DNA from: Ectothiorhodospiraceae bacterium
GTDB taxonomy: Bacteria > Pseudomonadota > Gammaproteobacteria > Nitrococcales > AK92
Direction: 5' to 3'
Assembly (NCBI GenBank): GCA_029263635.1
Contig: JAJUFY010000001.1
Location: 1 to 27,275, forward strand
Length of the DNA stretch: 27,275 bases
Part shown: positions 1 through 14,564 of the stretch, one piece after another
Layout of the letters: every line of letters begins with the position of its first letter
How positions within the stretch are numbered: the first letter of the stretch is position 1
Program-made: the position numbers and the translations under genes
The notes under the pieces: model-generated
Seen by the model: the letters and a program-made list of their open reading frames with translations, nothing else
Database searches by the model: none
Told to the model about the DNA's origin: nothing

Positions 1-2
1 CC

Positions 3-2850
<2,848 letters not shown>

Positions 2851-3226
2851 GCGGCCGGACCTGGAACCACCGGTCACCGCGATGGCGGAACTCTCGACTA
2901 CTCCTGCCGGCGCTTTTCCTGGTTCCGGCGGCAGCCTGCCGCCTGCCCGGGTCGTTGCTGTGGCCCTATGGGCGATACAGGCCATCGCCAGGAACATCCT
3001 GTGCACCCGCAGCTTCGGGCGCGGGTGGCCCAGCCTGCACCGCACCGGATTGCGCCGGCCCTAGGCCGTGCTCGGCCCGCTGGCGGAAAAGGCGGCGCCG
3101 GCGCCTGCCGGGAAACCCGGCTCATTCCGCAAGAACCGCCGCTTTTTCAACGGGAACCGCCGGCCGGTGCTAAACTACCCAGCCCGTTGACCCGCCGTCC
3201 GGCGGCTGAGGATAGATAGGCCTGCA

Positions 3227-4324
<1,098 letters not shown>

Positions 4325-4330
4325 CCGACG

Positions 4331-4747
4331 ATGCGGGCCAAGATCCTGTCCGCAGGGATCATTCCGGTACGCCGGGCGCAGGGGCAGTGGCTGTATCTGC
4401 TGCTGCGCGCCTACCAGTACTGGGATTTCCCCAAGGGCAAGACCGAGGCCGGCGAGACGCCGTTGCAGGCGGCGCTGCGCGAGGTCAAGGAAGAAACCGG
4501 CCTGGAGCGGCTCGATTTCCGCTGGGGCTACGATTACATCGAGACGGGCCCCTACGCCCGCGGCAAGGTGGCGCGCTACTACATCGCCGAAACCCGGGAC
4601 AGCGAGGTGGTGCTCGGCTTCGTCCCGGCCCTCGGCCGTGCCGAACATCACGAATACCGCTGGATGACTTACGAGGAAGCCTATCGCTGGGCCTCTCCCC
4701 GCGTCCGCCGCGTGCTGGAGTGGAGCCGCCGGCAGATGGAGCTGTGA
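4331..4747 (+). CDS. NUDIX hydrolase, resembling asymmetrical Ap4A hydrolases
   Basis: Complete Nudix box GKTEAGETPLQAALREVKEETGL preceded by WDFPKG; C-terminal EHHEYRW. Substrate specificity is inferred. Confidence 0.88.
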   Translation: MRAKILSAGIIPVRRAQGQWLYLLLRAYQYWDFPKGKTEAGETPLQAALREVKEETGLERLDFRWGYDYIETGPYARGKVARYYIAETRDSEVVLGFVPALGRAEHHEYRWMTYEEAYRWASPRVRRVLEWSRRQMEL

Positions 4748-6592
<1,845 letters not shown>

Positions 6593-6608
6593 TCGGGAGG
6601 ACTTTCCG

Positions 6609-7283
6609 ATGAAAAGCTACTTCGCTGCGATTTTCCGCGGCTCGCCGATGAAGCCGCTGCAGGAGCACATGGAGAAAGTGCTCGAATGCGCCAGCGAGCT
6701 CTTGCCGCTGTTCAAGGCGGTCGGCCGCCGTGACTACGAAGCGGTTGCCCAGATCCAGCAGCGCATCGCCCAGCTCGAGGACGAGGCGGATTCCCTGAAG
6801 ACGGATCTGCGCCTGCAGCTGCCGAACACCCTGCTGCTGCCGGTCGACCGGCGCGACCTGCTGGAATTGCTGCGGGTCCAGGACAACGTCGCCAACAAGG
6901 CGAAGGACATCGCCGGCCTCATACTCGGCCGGCAGATGGAGATTCCCGCCTCCATGCAGGAGGCGTTCGACGCCTACGCCGAACGCTGCATCGATGCAGT
7001 CCGGCATGCCCAGCGGGCTGTCCAGGAAATGGACGAGCTGGTCGAAACCGGCTTTCGCGGAGCAGAGGTGGAACTGGTCCACAACATCCTGCGCGACCTG
7101 GGCGCCGTCGAAAAGGATACCGACCACATGCAGATCAAGCTGCGCGCTGCCTTGCGCAGCCTCGAGTCGCAGCTCCCGCCCGTGGACGTGATGTTCCTCT
7201 ACAAGATCATCGAATGGACCGGCGATCTCGCCGATCTCGCCGAGCGCATCGGCAGCCGCCTGCAACTGATGCTCGCCAAGTAA
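6609..7283 (+). CDS. TIGR00153/DUF47 family phosphate transport regulator (PhoU-like)
   Basis: N-terminal IFRGSPMKPLQEHM, internal EDEADSLK and LLPVDRRDLL, C-terminal DLADLAERIG; immediately upstream of a PiT gene, the usual pairing. Confidence 0.88.
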   Translation: MKSYFAAIFRGSPMKPLQEHMEKVLECASELLPLFKAVGRRDYEAVAQIQQRIAQLEDEADSLKTDLRLQLPNTLLLPVDRRDLLELLRVQDNVANKAKDIAGLILGRQMEIPASMQEAFDAYAERCIDAVRHAQRAVQEMDELVETGFRGAEVELVHNILRDLGAVEKDTDHMQIKLRAALRSLESQLPPVDVMFLYKIIEWTGDLADLAERIGSRLQLMLAK

Positions 7284-7311
7284 ACAAGCAGAAACGTCCC
7301 TAGGAGCGGTG

Positions 7312-8562
7312 ATGGAGTACGGCACGATCTATCTGATCCTGGCCGGCGTATTCGGTCTGTTCATGGCCTGGGGCATTGGCGCCAACGACGTCGCCAATGC
7401 GATGGCGACCTCGGTCGGCGCCAGAGTCCTCACCATCCGTCGCGCCGTGCTCATCGCCGCGGTGTTCGAATTCAGCGGTGCGGTGCTCGCCGGCGGCGAG
7501 GTCACCTCGACCATCCGCAGCGGCATCATCGATGTGGAAGTGGTCGCCGGCGACCCGCAACTGCTGGTGCTGGGCATGCTCGCGGCCCTGCTCGCTGCCG
7601 GCGTCTGGCTGCTGATCGCCTCCCGCATGGGCTGGCCGGTGTCCACCACCCACTCCATCGTCGGTGCCATCATCGGCTTCGGCATCGCCGGCCTGGGCTG
7701 GCATGTGGTGCACTGGTCCAACGTCGGCACCATCGCCGCCAGCTGGGTCGTCTCGCCGCTGCTGTCCGGAACCGTCGCCTACCTGCTGTTCCGCAGCGTC
7801 CAGTGGCTGATCCTGGACCGTCCCGACCCGCTCAAGAGCGCCAAGCGCTTCGTGCCGCTCTACATCTTCCTGGCCGGCTTCATCATGAGCCTGATGACCA
7901 TGCTCAAGGGCCTCAAGCACGTCGGCCTAGAGATATCGGCGGCGGAGGCCTACGGCTGGTCTGCGATCATCGGCCTAGTGCTGATGCTGATCGGCAAGGC
8001 TTTCATCTCCCGGGTGCCGTACGATCCGGCCGCCGACCGCGAGTTCCACTATGCCAACGTCGAGCGCGTGTTCGCCATCCTGATGGTGGTCACTGCCTGC
8101 TCCATGGCCTTCGCCCACGGCTCCAACGACGTCGCCAACGCCGTCGGGCCGATGGCGGCCATCATCTCGGTGGTCCAGAGCGGCGGCCAGATCAGCGCTC
8201 AGTCGCCGCTGCCATCCTGGGTGCTGCTGCTCGGCGCCGTCGGCATCGTCATCGGCCTGGTGACGCTCGGCCAGCGCGTCATCGCCACGGTCGGCCGCGA
8301 AATCACCCAGCTCACCCCCAGCCGCGGCTTCGCCTGCGAACTCGCGGCTGCCGGCACGGTGGTATTCGCCTCCGGCCTGGGCCTGCCGATCTCCACCACC
8401 CACTCGCTGGTCGGCGCGGTGCTCGGAGTCGGCATGGCGCGCGGCATCGCCGCGCTCAACCTGAACGTGGTGCGGACCATCTTCATGTCCTGGATCGTCA
8501 CGCTGCCGATAGGCGGCGTGCTGGCCATCGTCTTCTTCTGGATTCTGAAAGGCATTTTCTAA
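7312..8562 (+). CDS. Inorganic phosphate transporter, PiT family
   Basis: Duplicated signatures GANDVAN and HGSNDVAN, PVSTTH/PISTTH repeats and many hydrophobic segments; AGGAG at 7302-7306. Confidence 0.95.
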   Translation: MEYGTIYLILAGVFGLFMAWGIGANDVANAMATSVGARVLTIRRAVLIAAVFEFSGAVLAGGEVTSTIRSGIIDVEVVAGDPQLLVLGMLAALLAAGVWLLIASRMGWPVSTTHSIVGAIIGFGIAGLGWHVVHWSNVGTIAASWVVSPLLSGTVAYLLFRSVQWLILDRPDPLKSAKRFVPLYIFLAGFIMSLMTMLKGLKHVGLEISAAEAYGWSAIIGLVLMLIGKAFISRVPYDPAADREFHYANVERVFAILMVVTACSMAFAHGSNDVANAVGPMAAIISVVQSGGQISAQSPLPSWVLLLGAVGIVIGLVTLGQRVIATVGREITQLTPSRGFACELAAAGTVVFASGLGLPISTTHSLVGAVLGVGMARGIAALNLNVVRTIFMSWIVTLPIGGVLAIVFFWILKGIF

Positions 8563-8574
8563 CGGAGTCCCGGC

Positions 8575-9399
8575 ATGGACCGATACGCGGTGATGGGCAA
8601 TCCCATTGCCCACAGCAAATCGCCGCAGATTCACCGCCTGTTCGCCGAGCAGACCGGCCAGGCACTCAGCTATGACAAGCTGCTGGTGCCGCTGGATGGT
8701 TTCGAGGCTGCCGTCGACGCCTTCCAGGCCGACGGCGGCAAAGGGCTCAATGTCACGGTGCCGTTCAAGGAGCAGGCCTGGGCGCTGGCCGATGGCCGCA
8801 GCGAACGGGCCGAGGCGGCCGGTGCCGTCAACACCCTGCTGTTCGATCCGCAGGGCCGCCGGTTCGGCGACAACACCGACGGCATCGGGCTGGTGCGGGA
8901 TCTGCGCGACAACCATGGCACGCCGCTCTCAGGCCGGCGGATCCTGATCGTCGGCGCCGGCGGCGCGGTGCGCGGCCTGCTGCCGGCGCTGCGGCGGGAG
9001 CGGCCGGAGCGGATCGTGATTGCCAACCGCACGCTGTCCCGGGCACAGGCACTGGCCGCCGCTTTCAGCGATCTGCCGATCGCTGCCGCAGAGTTCGCCG
9101 ACCTGGCCGGCGAGCGGTTCGACGTGGTGATCAACGGCACCTCGGCAGGCCTGGACGGGGAAATCCCGCCGCTGCCGGCGACGGCAGCGGCCGGCGCGGT
9201 CTGCTACGACATGCTCTACGGCGATGCCCCGACCCCTTTCCTGCGCTGGGCTGCTGCCCAGGGCGCAGCCCAGGCGATCGACGGGCTGGGCATGCTGGTC
9301 GAGCAGGCAGCCGAGGCCTTCCTGCTCTGGCGCGGCGTCCGGCCGGACACCGCGCCCGTGATCGCCGCCCTGCGTGGTCCGCGACCTGGCGGCGGCTAG
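8575..9399 (+). CDS. aroE: Shikimate dehydrogenase
   Basis: Motifs [36 protein letters not shown] and [14 protein letters not shown]. Confidence 0.96.
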   Translation: MDRYAVMGNPIAHSKSPQIHRLFAEQTGQALSYDKLLVPLDGFEAAVDAFQADGGKGLNVTVPFKEQAWALADGRSERAEAAGAVNTLLFDPQGRRFGDNTDGIGLVRDLRDNHGTPLSGRRILIVGAGGAVRGLLPALRRERPERIVIANRTLSRAQALAAAFSDLPIAAAEFADLAGERFDVVINGTSAGLDGEIPPLPATAAAGAVCYDMLYGDAPTPFLRWAAAQGAAQAIDGLGMLVEQAAEAFLLWRGVRPDTAPVIAALRGPRPGGG

Positions 9400-9698
9400 A
9401 TCGAGATCCGCCGCAGCAGGATGTCTTTGAACATCACGAAGTCGGCCAGCAGGCTGTAGAGCGGATACTTGAAGGTAGCGGGCTTGTTGCGCTCGAAGAA
9501 GAAGTGCCCGACCCAGGCGAACGAATAGCCGAACACCGGCAGCAGCAGCGCCAGCAGCCACTTGCCGGTTGCCAGCACATACAGCGCGGTCGCGATCACC
9601 AGCCCCGTCCCGATGAAATGCAGCCGACGGCAGACCACGTTCTGGTGCTCTCCCAGATAGAACGGGTAAAACTCCCGGAAGCTCTCGAACCGGTTCAT
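9396..9698 (-). CDS. DUF962 (Mpo1-like) small membrane protein
   Basis: Motifs [39 protein letters not shown] and PLYSLLADF. Confidence 0.88.
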   Translation of the reverse strand: MNRFESFREFYPFYLGEHQNVVCRRLHFIGTGLVIATALYVLATGKWLLALLLPVFGYSFAWVGHFFFERNKPATFKYPLYSLLADFVMFKDILLRRISI

Positions 9699-9748
9699 GG
9701 CGTCCTCCCTCCCGCGCTGCCCTGGCCGGCGGGCCCGGGCTTCAATCG

Positions 9749-10264
9749 TCAGAAGTTGTAGCCGGCGCCGAAGCTGTAGGCATAGGCATCGTCATCGACA
9801 CCATGCACATTGGCGCCGCTCTCGAACAGGAACTGGTATTCCATCTGCACGAACAGGAAAGCGGCCGGCAGCACGTAGAACTTGAGCCCGATCTCGGGCC
9901 CGGCGAACAGGGTGGTATCCGACCGCTCGCCATAGGCGATGCCGAAGCTCGCTCCCACATAGGGCCGCCACTGACCGGAGCCGAAGTGGTAATCGCCGTA
10001 CAGCCGGGTCGCCCCGTTCCAGGTAGAGCCCTGCTCGTACTTGGTCCAGTTGAAGCTCTGCCGCAGGCCGAACTCCAGATGCGGCGTACGGTACCAGCCA
10101 AGCTCGCCGGTGCCGGAGATGGTTCCCGAGTCGAACTGACGGGAACTGCTGCCGGAACCTGACAGCGTCAGCTCCCGCAGACCGCGGCCGAACTGCGCGT
10201 CGCACAGCCCCGGCAGCAGTACGAGCAGAAAGGCCATGACCGGCCACTTTTTCACGAGCGACAT
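9749..10264 (-). CDS. Small outer-membrane beta-barrel protein
   Basis: Signal-like N-terminus (KKWPVMAFLLVLLPGLCDA), alternating aromatic/Gly strands and terminal GYNF. Start placed at the ATG 6 nt after GGAG. Confidence 0.75.
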   Translation of the reverse strand: MSLVKKWPVMAFLLVLLPGLCDAQFGRGLRELTLSGSGSSSRQFDSGTISGTGELGWYRTPHLEFGLRQSFNWTKYEQGSTWNGATRLYGDYHFGSGQWRPYVGASFGIAYGERSDTTLFAGPEIGLKFYVLPAAFLFVQMEYQFLFESGANVHGVDDDAYAYSFGAGYNF

Positions 10265-10352
10265 TGCTTGCTCCAAGACCTCCGTCGGCACGGCCCTGCC
10301 GTGCGTGCTGCCCGCTGAGTTGCCTGACTATCGTGAAGACCGCCACGCACCG

Positions 10353-10850
10353 TCACGTCCGGCCCCGCATCTGCGGCCAGAGGGGTGCATCGAAATAATC
10401 GAGCCGACCAGTACCTAGCTGCTGCCAGGAACCGCTATCGAAGCCTATCCCGACAATGCCGGCGGTCGGCAGGTCGTCCAGGCGGATGCCGGCAAGCTCG
10501 CGCGCGAACAGGGTTAACCCAGGATTGTGCCCGACCACGGCCAGTGTCCGATAGTCGCCGCCATGACGGGCGAGCGCCTGGCGCAGCGTTTCGCTGCCCG
10601 CCAGATAAAGCGTCTCGTCCGCGATCAGCGGCATTCCAGCCAGCCGCTCGGCGAGCATGGCGGCCGTCGCCAGCGCCCGTGGCGCCGTGCTGGCGATCAG
10701 GCACTCGGGCACCCACGCCGACCCCGCCAGCCGGCCGGCCACCGCCGCGACTTCCTGTTCACCGGCGGCGCTGAGCGGCCGCGTGAAATCGTCGCGATCC
10801 GGCGCCGCCGGCGCGGCCTTGCCATGTCGTATCAGCAGAAGGCGCCTCAT
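10353..10850 (-). CDS. sixA: SixA-like histidine phosphatase
   Basis: MRRLLLIRHGKA (RHG motif), RPLS and VVGHNPGL; 4-nt overlap with the marC stop codon. Confidence 0.85.
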   Translation of the reverse strand: MRRLLLIRHGKAAPAAPDRDDFTRPLSAAGEQEVAAVAGRLAGSAWVPECLIASTAPRALATAAMLAERLAGMPLIADETLYLAGSETLRQALARHGGDYRTLAVVGHNPGLTLFARELAGIRLDDLPTAGIVGIGFDSGSWQQLGTGRLDYFDAPLWPQMRGRT

Positions 10851-11449
10851 GTCGCCATGATCCCGCCGATGATGAAGTCCCGCAAGCCGTTCAGGAACAT
10901 CTGCACCGCCATGACCACCAGCAGCATGCCCATCAGCCGTTCCAGCGCCGCCACCGCACGGTCGCCGAGCACACGGTAGACATACCCGGACGACAGCAGG
11001 ATCAGCACCGTTCCCGCCCAGGCCAGCAGCAGGGCCAGCAACCAGTCGAGCAGGCGGTCGGGCTCGGAGCGGACCAGCAGCAACAGGACCGCGATGGTCG
11101 ACGGTCCGGCGATCAGCGGCACTGCCAGCGGCACCAGGAAAGGCTCGCCGGCCATGTCCTCGCCCGACATCGCTCGCGGTGCCGGAAAGATCATGCGCAG
11201 GGCGATGATGAACAGGATGATGCCGCCGGCAATGCTGATCGACTCCTGCTCCAGCCGCAGAAAGTCCAGCACCACCTGCCCGGCCAGCAGGAAACCGACC
11301 AGCACCACCAGCGCGAAACCGAGCTCGCGCAGCAGCACGACCCGCCGCCGATGCGGCGCCACGTGCCTGAGGATGGACAGGAACACGGGGATGTTGCCGA
11401 TCGGGTCGAGGATCAGGAACAGCAGGAAAGCGGCCGCCAGTGTGCTCAT
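10847..11449 (-). CDS. MarC family inner-membrane protein
   Basis: Motifs LDPIGNIPVF, IAGGIILF, PFLVPLAVPLIAGPS and ERLMGMLL. Confidence 0.92.
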   Translation of the reverse strand: MSTLAAAFLLFLILDPIGNIPVFLSILRHVAPHRRRVVLLRELGFALVVLVGFLLAGQVVLDFLRLEQESISIAGGIILFIIALRMIFPAPRAMSGEDMAGEPFLVPLAVPLIAGPSTIAVLLLLVRSEPDRLLDWLLALLLAWAGTVLILLSSGYVYRVLGDRAVAALERLMGMLLVVMAVQMFLNGLRDFIIGGIMAT

Positions 11450-11473
11450 CGTCCCGTCTCCGGCCGCTCAGTC

Positions 11474-12136
11474 CTAGGGACGCAGTGCCCGGTACCGCCA
11501 GTACTGGATCAACAGGAAGCCGAACAGCATGCCGCCAAGATGGGCGAAGTGCGCCACCCCGGGCATGGCGCCGGAGATGCCGGCATAGAGTTCGAACGCT
11601 CCGTACAGGATCACGATCCATTTGGCCCGCATTGGAATCGGCGGAAACAGCAGCAGGATGCGCTGGTTCGGAAACATCATCCCGAACGCCAGCAGGACGC
11701 CGAACACCCCTCCCGATGCACCGATGGTCGGATACGGCCCGATCTCGGCCACTGCCGCCGACGCCACCAGCAGCTGAACCGCACCGGCACCGGCGACACA
11801 GACCAGATAGTAGATAGCGAACCGGCCCGATCCCCACAGCCGCTCGATCGGAATGCCGAACATCCACATGGCAAACATGTTGGTGAACAGGTGCAGCAGG
11901 CCGCCATGCAGAAAGGCATAGCTCACCAGCTGCCAGGGCTGGAAGTCCGGCACCCGGATCAGGCCGAGCAGGCTGCCGGCATAGTCGGGGGCGCCCAGCG
12001 GCCAGAGCGCGAACTGGTACAGCAACCACTCGCCGGCGACGAACTGACCGATGAAGGCCAGCCCGTTCAACACCAGCAGCAGGGAGACAACCGGTGTGGT
12101 CGTGGATCGATGTCCAGCTCCGTAATCGCTCTGCAT
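11474..12136 (-). CDS. Rhomboid family intramembrane serine protease
   Basis: Motifs WQLVSYAFLHGG, HLFTNM, catalytic GASG and AHFAHLGG. Start placed at MQSDYG after a GGAG. Confidence 0.92.
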   Translation of the reverse strand: MQSDYGAGHRSTTTPVVSLLLVLNGLAFIGQFVAGEWLLYQFALWPLGAPDYAGSLLGLIRVPDFQPWQLVSYAFLHGGLLHLFTNMFAMWMFGIPIERLWGSGRFAIYYLVCVAGAGAVQLLVASAAVAEIGPYPTIGASGGVFGVLLAFGMMFPNQRILLLFPPIPMRAKWIVILYGAFELYAGISGAMPGVAHFAHLGGMLFGFLLIQYWRYRALRP

Positions 12137-12371
12137 AAGGACTCCGTGCACTGCCTCCATTCCTGCCGGCAGCGCTGCAGAAACGAGAGCATGGATACGG
12201 CTGATGGGATACGCGACCGCACCGGCATCCGGGCATGGCCGGCGATGCGGCCGCACCGGCTGGCGCGCCCGGCGACGGTCCTCCTTCAATATGCAGGCAG
12301 ATGCCGGCAAGCGCCAGCCGAGGCCATCGGCGGGCCCGCTCGAGCCGGCTCGAAAACCGCCGCGGGTGGGA

Positions 12372-12578
12372 TTATTCGTCGCGTTCGAACGTTACCGAAC
12401 CGTCGGGGCGACGGCGGGGGCGAATGCGAAACATGCGCTGCAGCGTCTTCCGCTGCGGCAGGGGCCGGCACCGGTCGCGGCAATACGGGCAACGCAGCCA
12501 GTCATCCAGGGTCGGGCTCATGCCGCGCTCATGCCGGCCACAGTTCTCACAGGAAATCTTCCCCGGCATGCGTGCCAT
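12372..12578 (-). CDS. Hypothetical 68-aa zinc-ribbon-like protein (CENC...CPYC)
   Basis: GGAGG 5 nt before the ATG, mostly GC-ending codons, two CxxC pairs, and a sigma-54-type promoter directly upstream. Confidence 0.65.
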   Translation of the reverse strand: MARMPGKISCENCGRHERGMSPTLDDWLRCPYCRDRCRPLPQRKTLQRMFRIRPRRRPDGSVTFERDE

Positions 12579-12622
12579 CCCTGCCTCCATGCTACTCGCC
12601 GCGTTTCCGAGACAGGGCCTGA

Positions 12623-12638
12623 AGCAAATTTCATACCT
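12623..12638 (-). promoter_or_regulatory. Sigma-54 (-24/-12) promoter
   Basis: Minus strand reads AGGTATGAAATTTGCT: GG-N10-GC with TTGCT at -12, versus consensus TGGCACGNNNNTTGCW. Predicted start site ~12612, about 34 nt before the ATG. Confidence 0.7.
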
Positions 12639-12655
12639 AAAATTATCTTCCTATA

Positions 12656-12668
12656 AATCAAAGCCTTG
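12656..12668. promoter_or_regulatory. IHF binding site
   Basis: AATCAAAGCCTTG matches WATCAANNNNTTR exactly and has an adjacent AT-rich tract. It sits at about -44 to -56 from the sigma-54 start. A 12/13 match lies on the minus strand at 12743-12755. Confidence 0.65.
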
Positions 12669-12687
12669 CAGGAAAGCGCCGGGAATC

Positions 12688-12709
12688 GCTGTCGCCGTTC
12701 AGGAACAGC
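12688..12709. promoter_or_regulatory. Candidate activator binding site 1 (GCTGT-N12-ACAGC)
   Basis: 5-bp inverted repeat around the core TGTCGCCGTTCAGGAACA, centred near -86; 13/18 identical to the site at 12758-12775. Confidence 0.45.
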
Positions 12710-12757
12710 CGCTTCTCAATGCTTCAATAACATGATGATTTTCAAAACATTGATGAA

Positions 12758-12775
12758 CGTCGCCGATCAACGACA
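12758..12775. promoter_or_regulatory. Candidate activator binding site 2 (CGTCG-N8-CGACA)
   Basis: CGTCGCCGATCAACGACA. The right half TCAACGACA is identical to that of the palindrome upstream of opgG. Confidence 0.45.
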
Positions 12776-12899
12776 GCGGCGATGAGCCGTCCCGGTCCTG
12801 CCGTCGCCGGGGCTTGCGCGGCACGCCTGAGGCCCCATCTGCCTGAAACCCCTGGTACACAACCGCCCGGCATCGGCGGGCGGCACCAATGGAGACAGC

Positions 12900-13127
12900 A
12901 TGGCAGGCAGGATGAACTGGTCCCAGGCCCGTAAGCGGACGGACAAGGGCAAGACCCACGACAAGGTGAATTTCCCGGATCCGGCGGCGGCGCCGCTCGG
13001 GACCGACGAGGAAGCCGGCGGCGCCCGCACCTCACCGGAAGCCATCGCCCGCGCCGAGCGCAGCCGCGAGCCCAGCCACAGCGACAATCGTCCGGGCGAA
13101 GCCAGCGCGCCACCCAAGCCCAGCTAG
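12900..13127 (+). CDS. Small hypothetical protein with DKVxFPDPAAAPLGTDEEAGG motif
   Basis: GGAG at 12891-12894 precedes the ATG, and codon usage fits the genome. The motif resembles conserved hypothetical proteins I recall from Alphaproteobacteria (unverified). Confidence 0.7.
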   Translation: MAGRMNWSQARKRTDKGKTHDKVNFPDPAAAPLGTDEEAGGARTSPEAIARAERSREPSHSDNRPGEASAPPKPS

Positions 13128-13154
13128 CAACGGCAATCGAAACCTGGCGGCTGC

Positions 13155-13814
13155 TCAGGTCAGGTTCGGTCGCAGCGTGATCAGCCACTGCGGCCGCCAG
13201 GCGGCCAGCGCGGCAATCGCAGCGACATTGACCAGGCTTTCCGGCAACAGGAGCAGCGACAACAGCACCAGCTGATCGTGGCTGATAGCGGCGAGGGTGT
13301 AGGTCCCGGCGATGGCCAGCAAGGCCACCGCCGCTACCCGCGCCAGCGCCGCCGCCAGCGCCGATCCGCACAGCGTGCATACGAACAGGTACACGAACAG
13401 GTTGCGCGGCAGCAGCCGCTGGGTGATGCGCCACACCAGATGCGTGATGCCGATCGGCAGCGCCGCCAGCGCCAGGCCGCTCAGGCCGGCCATCTGCCAC
13501 GGCTCGGCACCGACCAGCACCGGCCCGAGCACCGGCAACAGCGAGCCGACCAGGGCCTGGCGCCAGCCCACCAGCAGGGTCAGCGCGGTCATCCCCAGCA
13601 CATGCAGGCCGATTTCGGGCATGACCATGCTGCTGCGAACCAGCCACAGCACCATCACCGCGACGGAACCGCCGAGCAGCAGGTGCTGCCGGAGAGGCTC
13701 GCGCTGCAGGCGCCGGCGGTCGATCCCCGCCAGCGCCCAGAGCACCAGGGCACCATAGGCGACGATGCCGGTCAGCAGCCAGATTTCAGGAAGCACATGC
13801 GCCGAAGGATTCAT
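13155..13814 (-). CDS. Energy-coupling-factor permease-like (CbiM-like) membrane protein
   Basis: About six hydrophobic segments with GLHVLGMTALTLLVGW, PRNLFVYLFVCTLCGSALAA and LLPESLVN. Start placed at MNPSAH. Confidence 0.7.
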   Translation of the reverse strand: MNPSAHVLPEIWLLTGIVAYGALVLWALAGIDRRRLQREPLRQHLLLGGSVAVMVLWLVRSSMVMPEIGLHVLGMTALTLLVGWRQALVGSLLPVLGPVLVGAEPWQMAGLSGLALAALPIGITHLVWRITQRLLPRNLFVYLFVCTLCGSALAAALARVAAVALLAIAGTYTLAAISHDQLVLLSLLLLPESLVNVAAIAALAAWRPQWLITLRPNLT

Positions 13815-14084
13815 GGATCGCCTGGCTTGAGGTAACGGCGCGTTCGCGCAAATCCACGCCACCGCTGCGCGGTGGAACCTTCCGCCAAACTGGTGGCGGC
13901 AAGAACGCTGCACAAGCAGGCAGATAGCGCGGAGGAGATGGGATATGCCCCGGCAGGCCCGGGCGCGGCCTGCTCCGCGTCGTCACCGGGGGATATGCCG
14001 GGACGCGGCCCGGCGGTCTGGGACGCTGCGCCGGCGCGACGAAGAAGAGGCTGCCGCGGCGCAGCGGCAGCTGGAGGGCCGGGA

Positions 14085-14342
14085 TCAGGCCATGCCGAGC
14101 CGCTCGGGGTCGTCGCGAGGCGGCAGCTGCACGTAGCAGCCTTGCACCAGCAGCCGCCGCATGACGGTCACCGCGCTCACCCGGGCCAACTTCCGCTCCG
14201 GCGTGAGCACCAGCTCCATCACATGCTCAAGCGGACCCATCGCCTGCAGCACGGAGGCCGGCACCGCCGTGAAGTCATCGCGGACCGGAACGAACAGATA
14301 GGTATCCGGGGCACGACGCCCCTTGTAGATCGAGCAATGCAT
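14085..14342 (-). CDS. ycgL: YcgL domain protein
   Basis: Motifs MHCSIYKG..DTYLFV, LVLTPERKLARV and QGCYVQLPP. Confidence 0.88.
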   Translation of the reverse strand: MHCSIYKGRRAPDTYLFVPVRDDFTAVPASVLQAMGPLEHVMELVLTPERKLARVSAVTVMRRLLVQGCYVQLPPRDDPERLGMA

Positions 14343-14564
14343 AGGGATCTCGCAGACATCCGATCTCGGCGGCTGAGGCCGGACGTTTGCTCCGGAACCC
14401 GGCCTGACAGCCACCCCGCTGGCTGTGCGTCATGGTAGCGCACCGGCGTTGCAAATCCCCCCGGGATGCCGGGTACAGACCGACGCCCGGCCGCCGGGCC
14501 TGGCGCGGGCACAGGGGCACAGCCGGTTTACCGCTGTAGGGCGCCAAGCCCGGGCCGGCATGGG

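Noticed and set aside
2860-3173. Lipoprotein-signal-like stretch (RWRNSRLLLPALFLVPAAAC) and a CACCCGC/GCGGGTG hairpin with a UUCG loop (3004-3027) in the gltD-hemE gap
   Set aside because: There is no in-frame start codon after the gltD stop, and the downstream sequence is low-complexity. The hairpin is single-copy with no U-tract.
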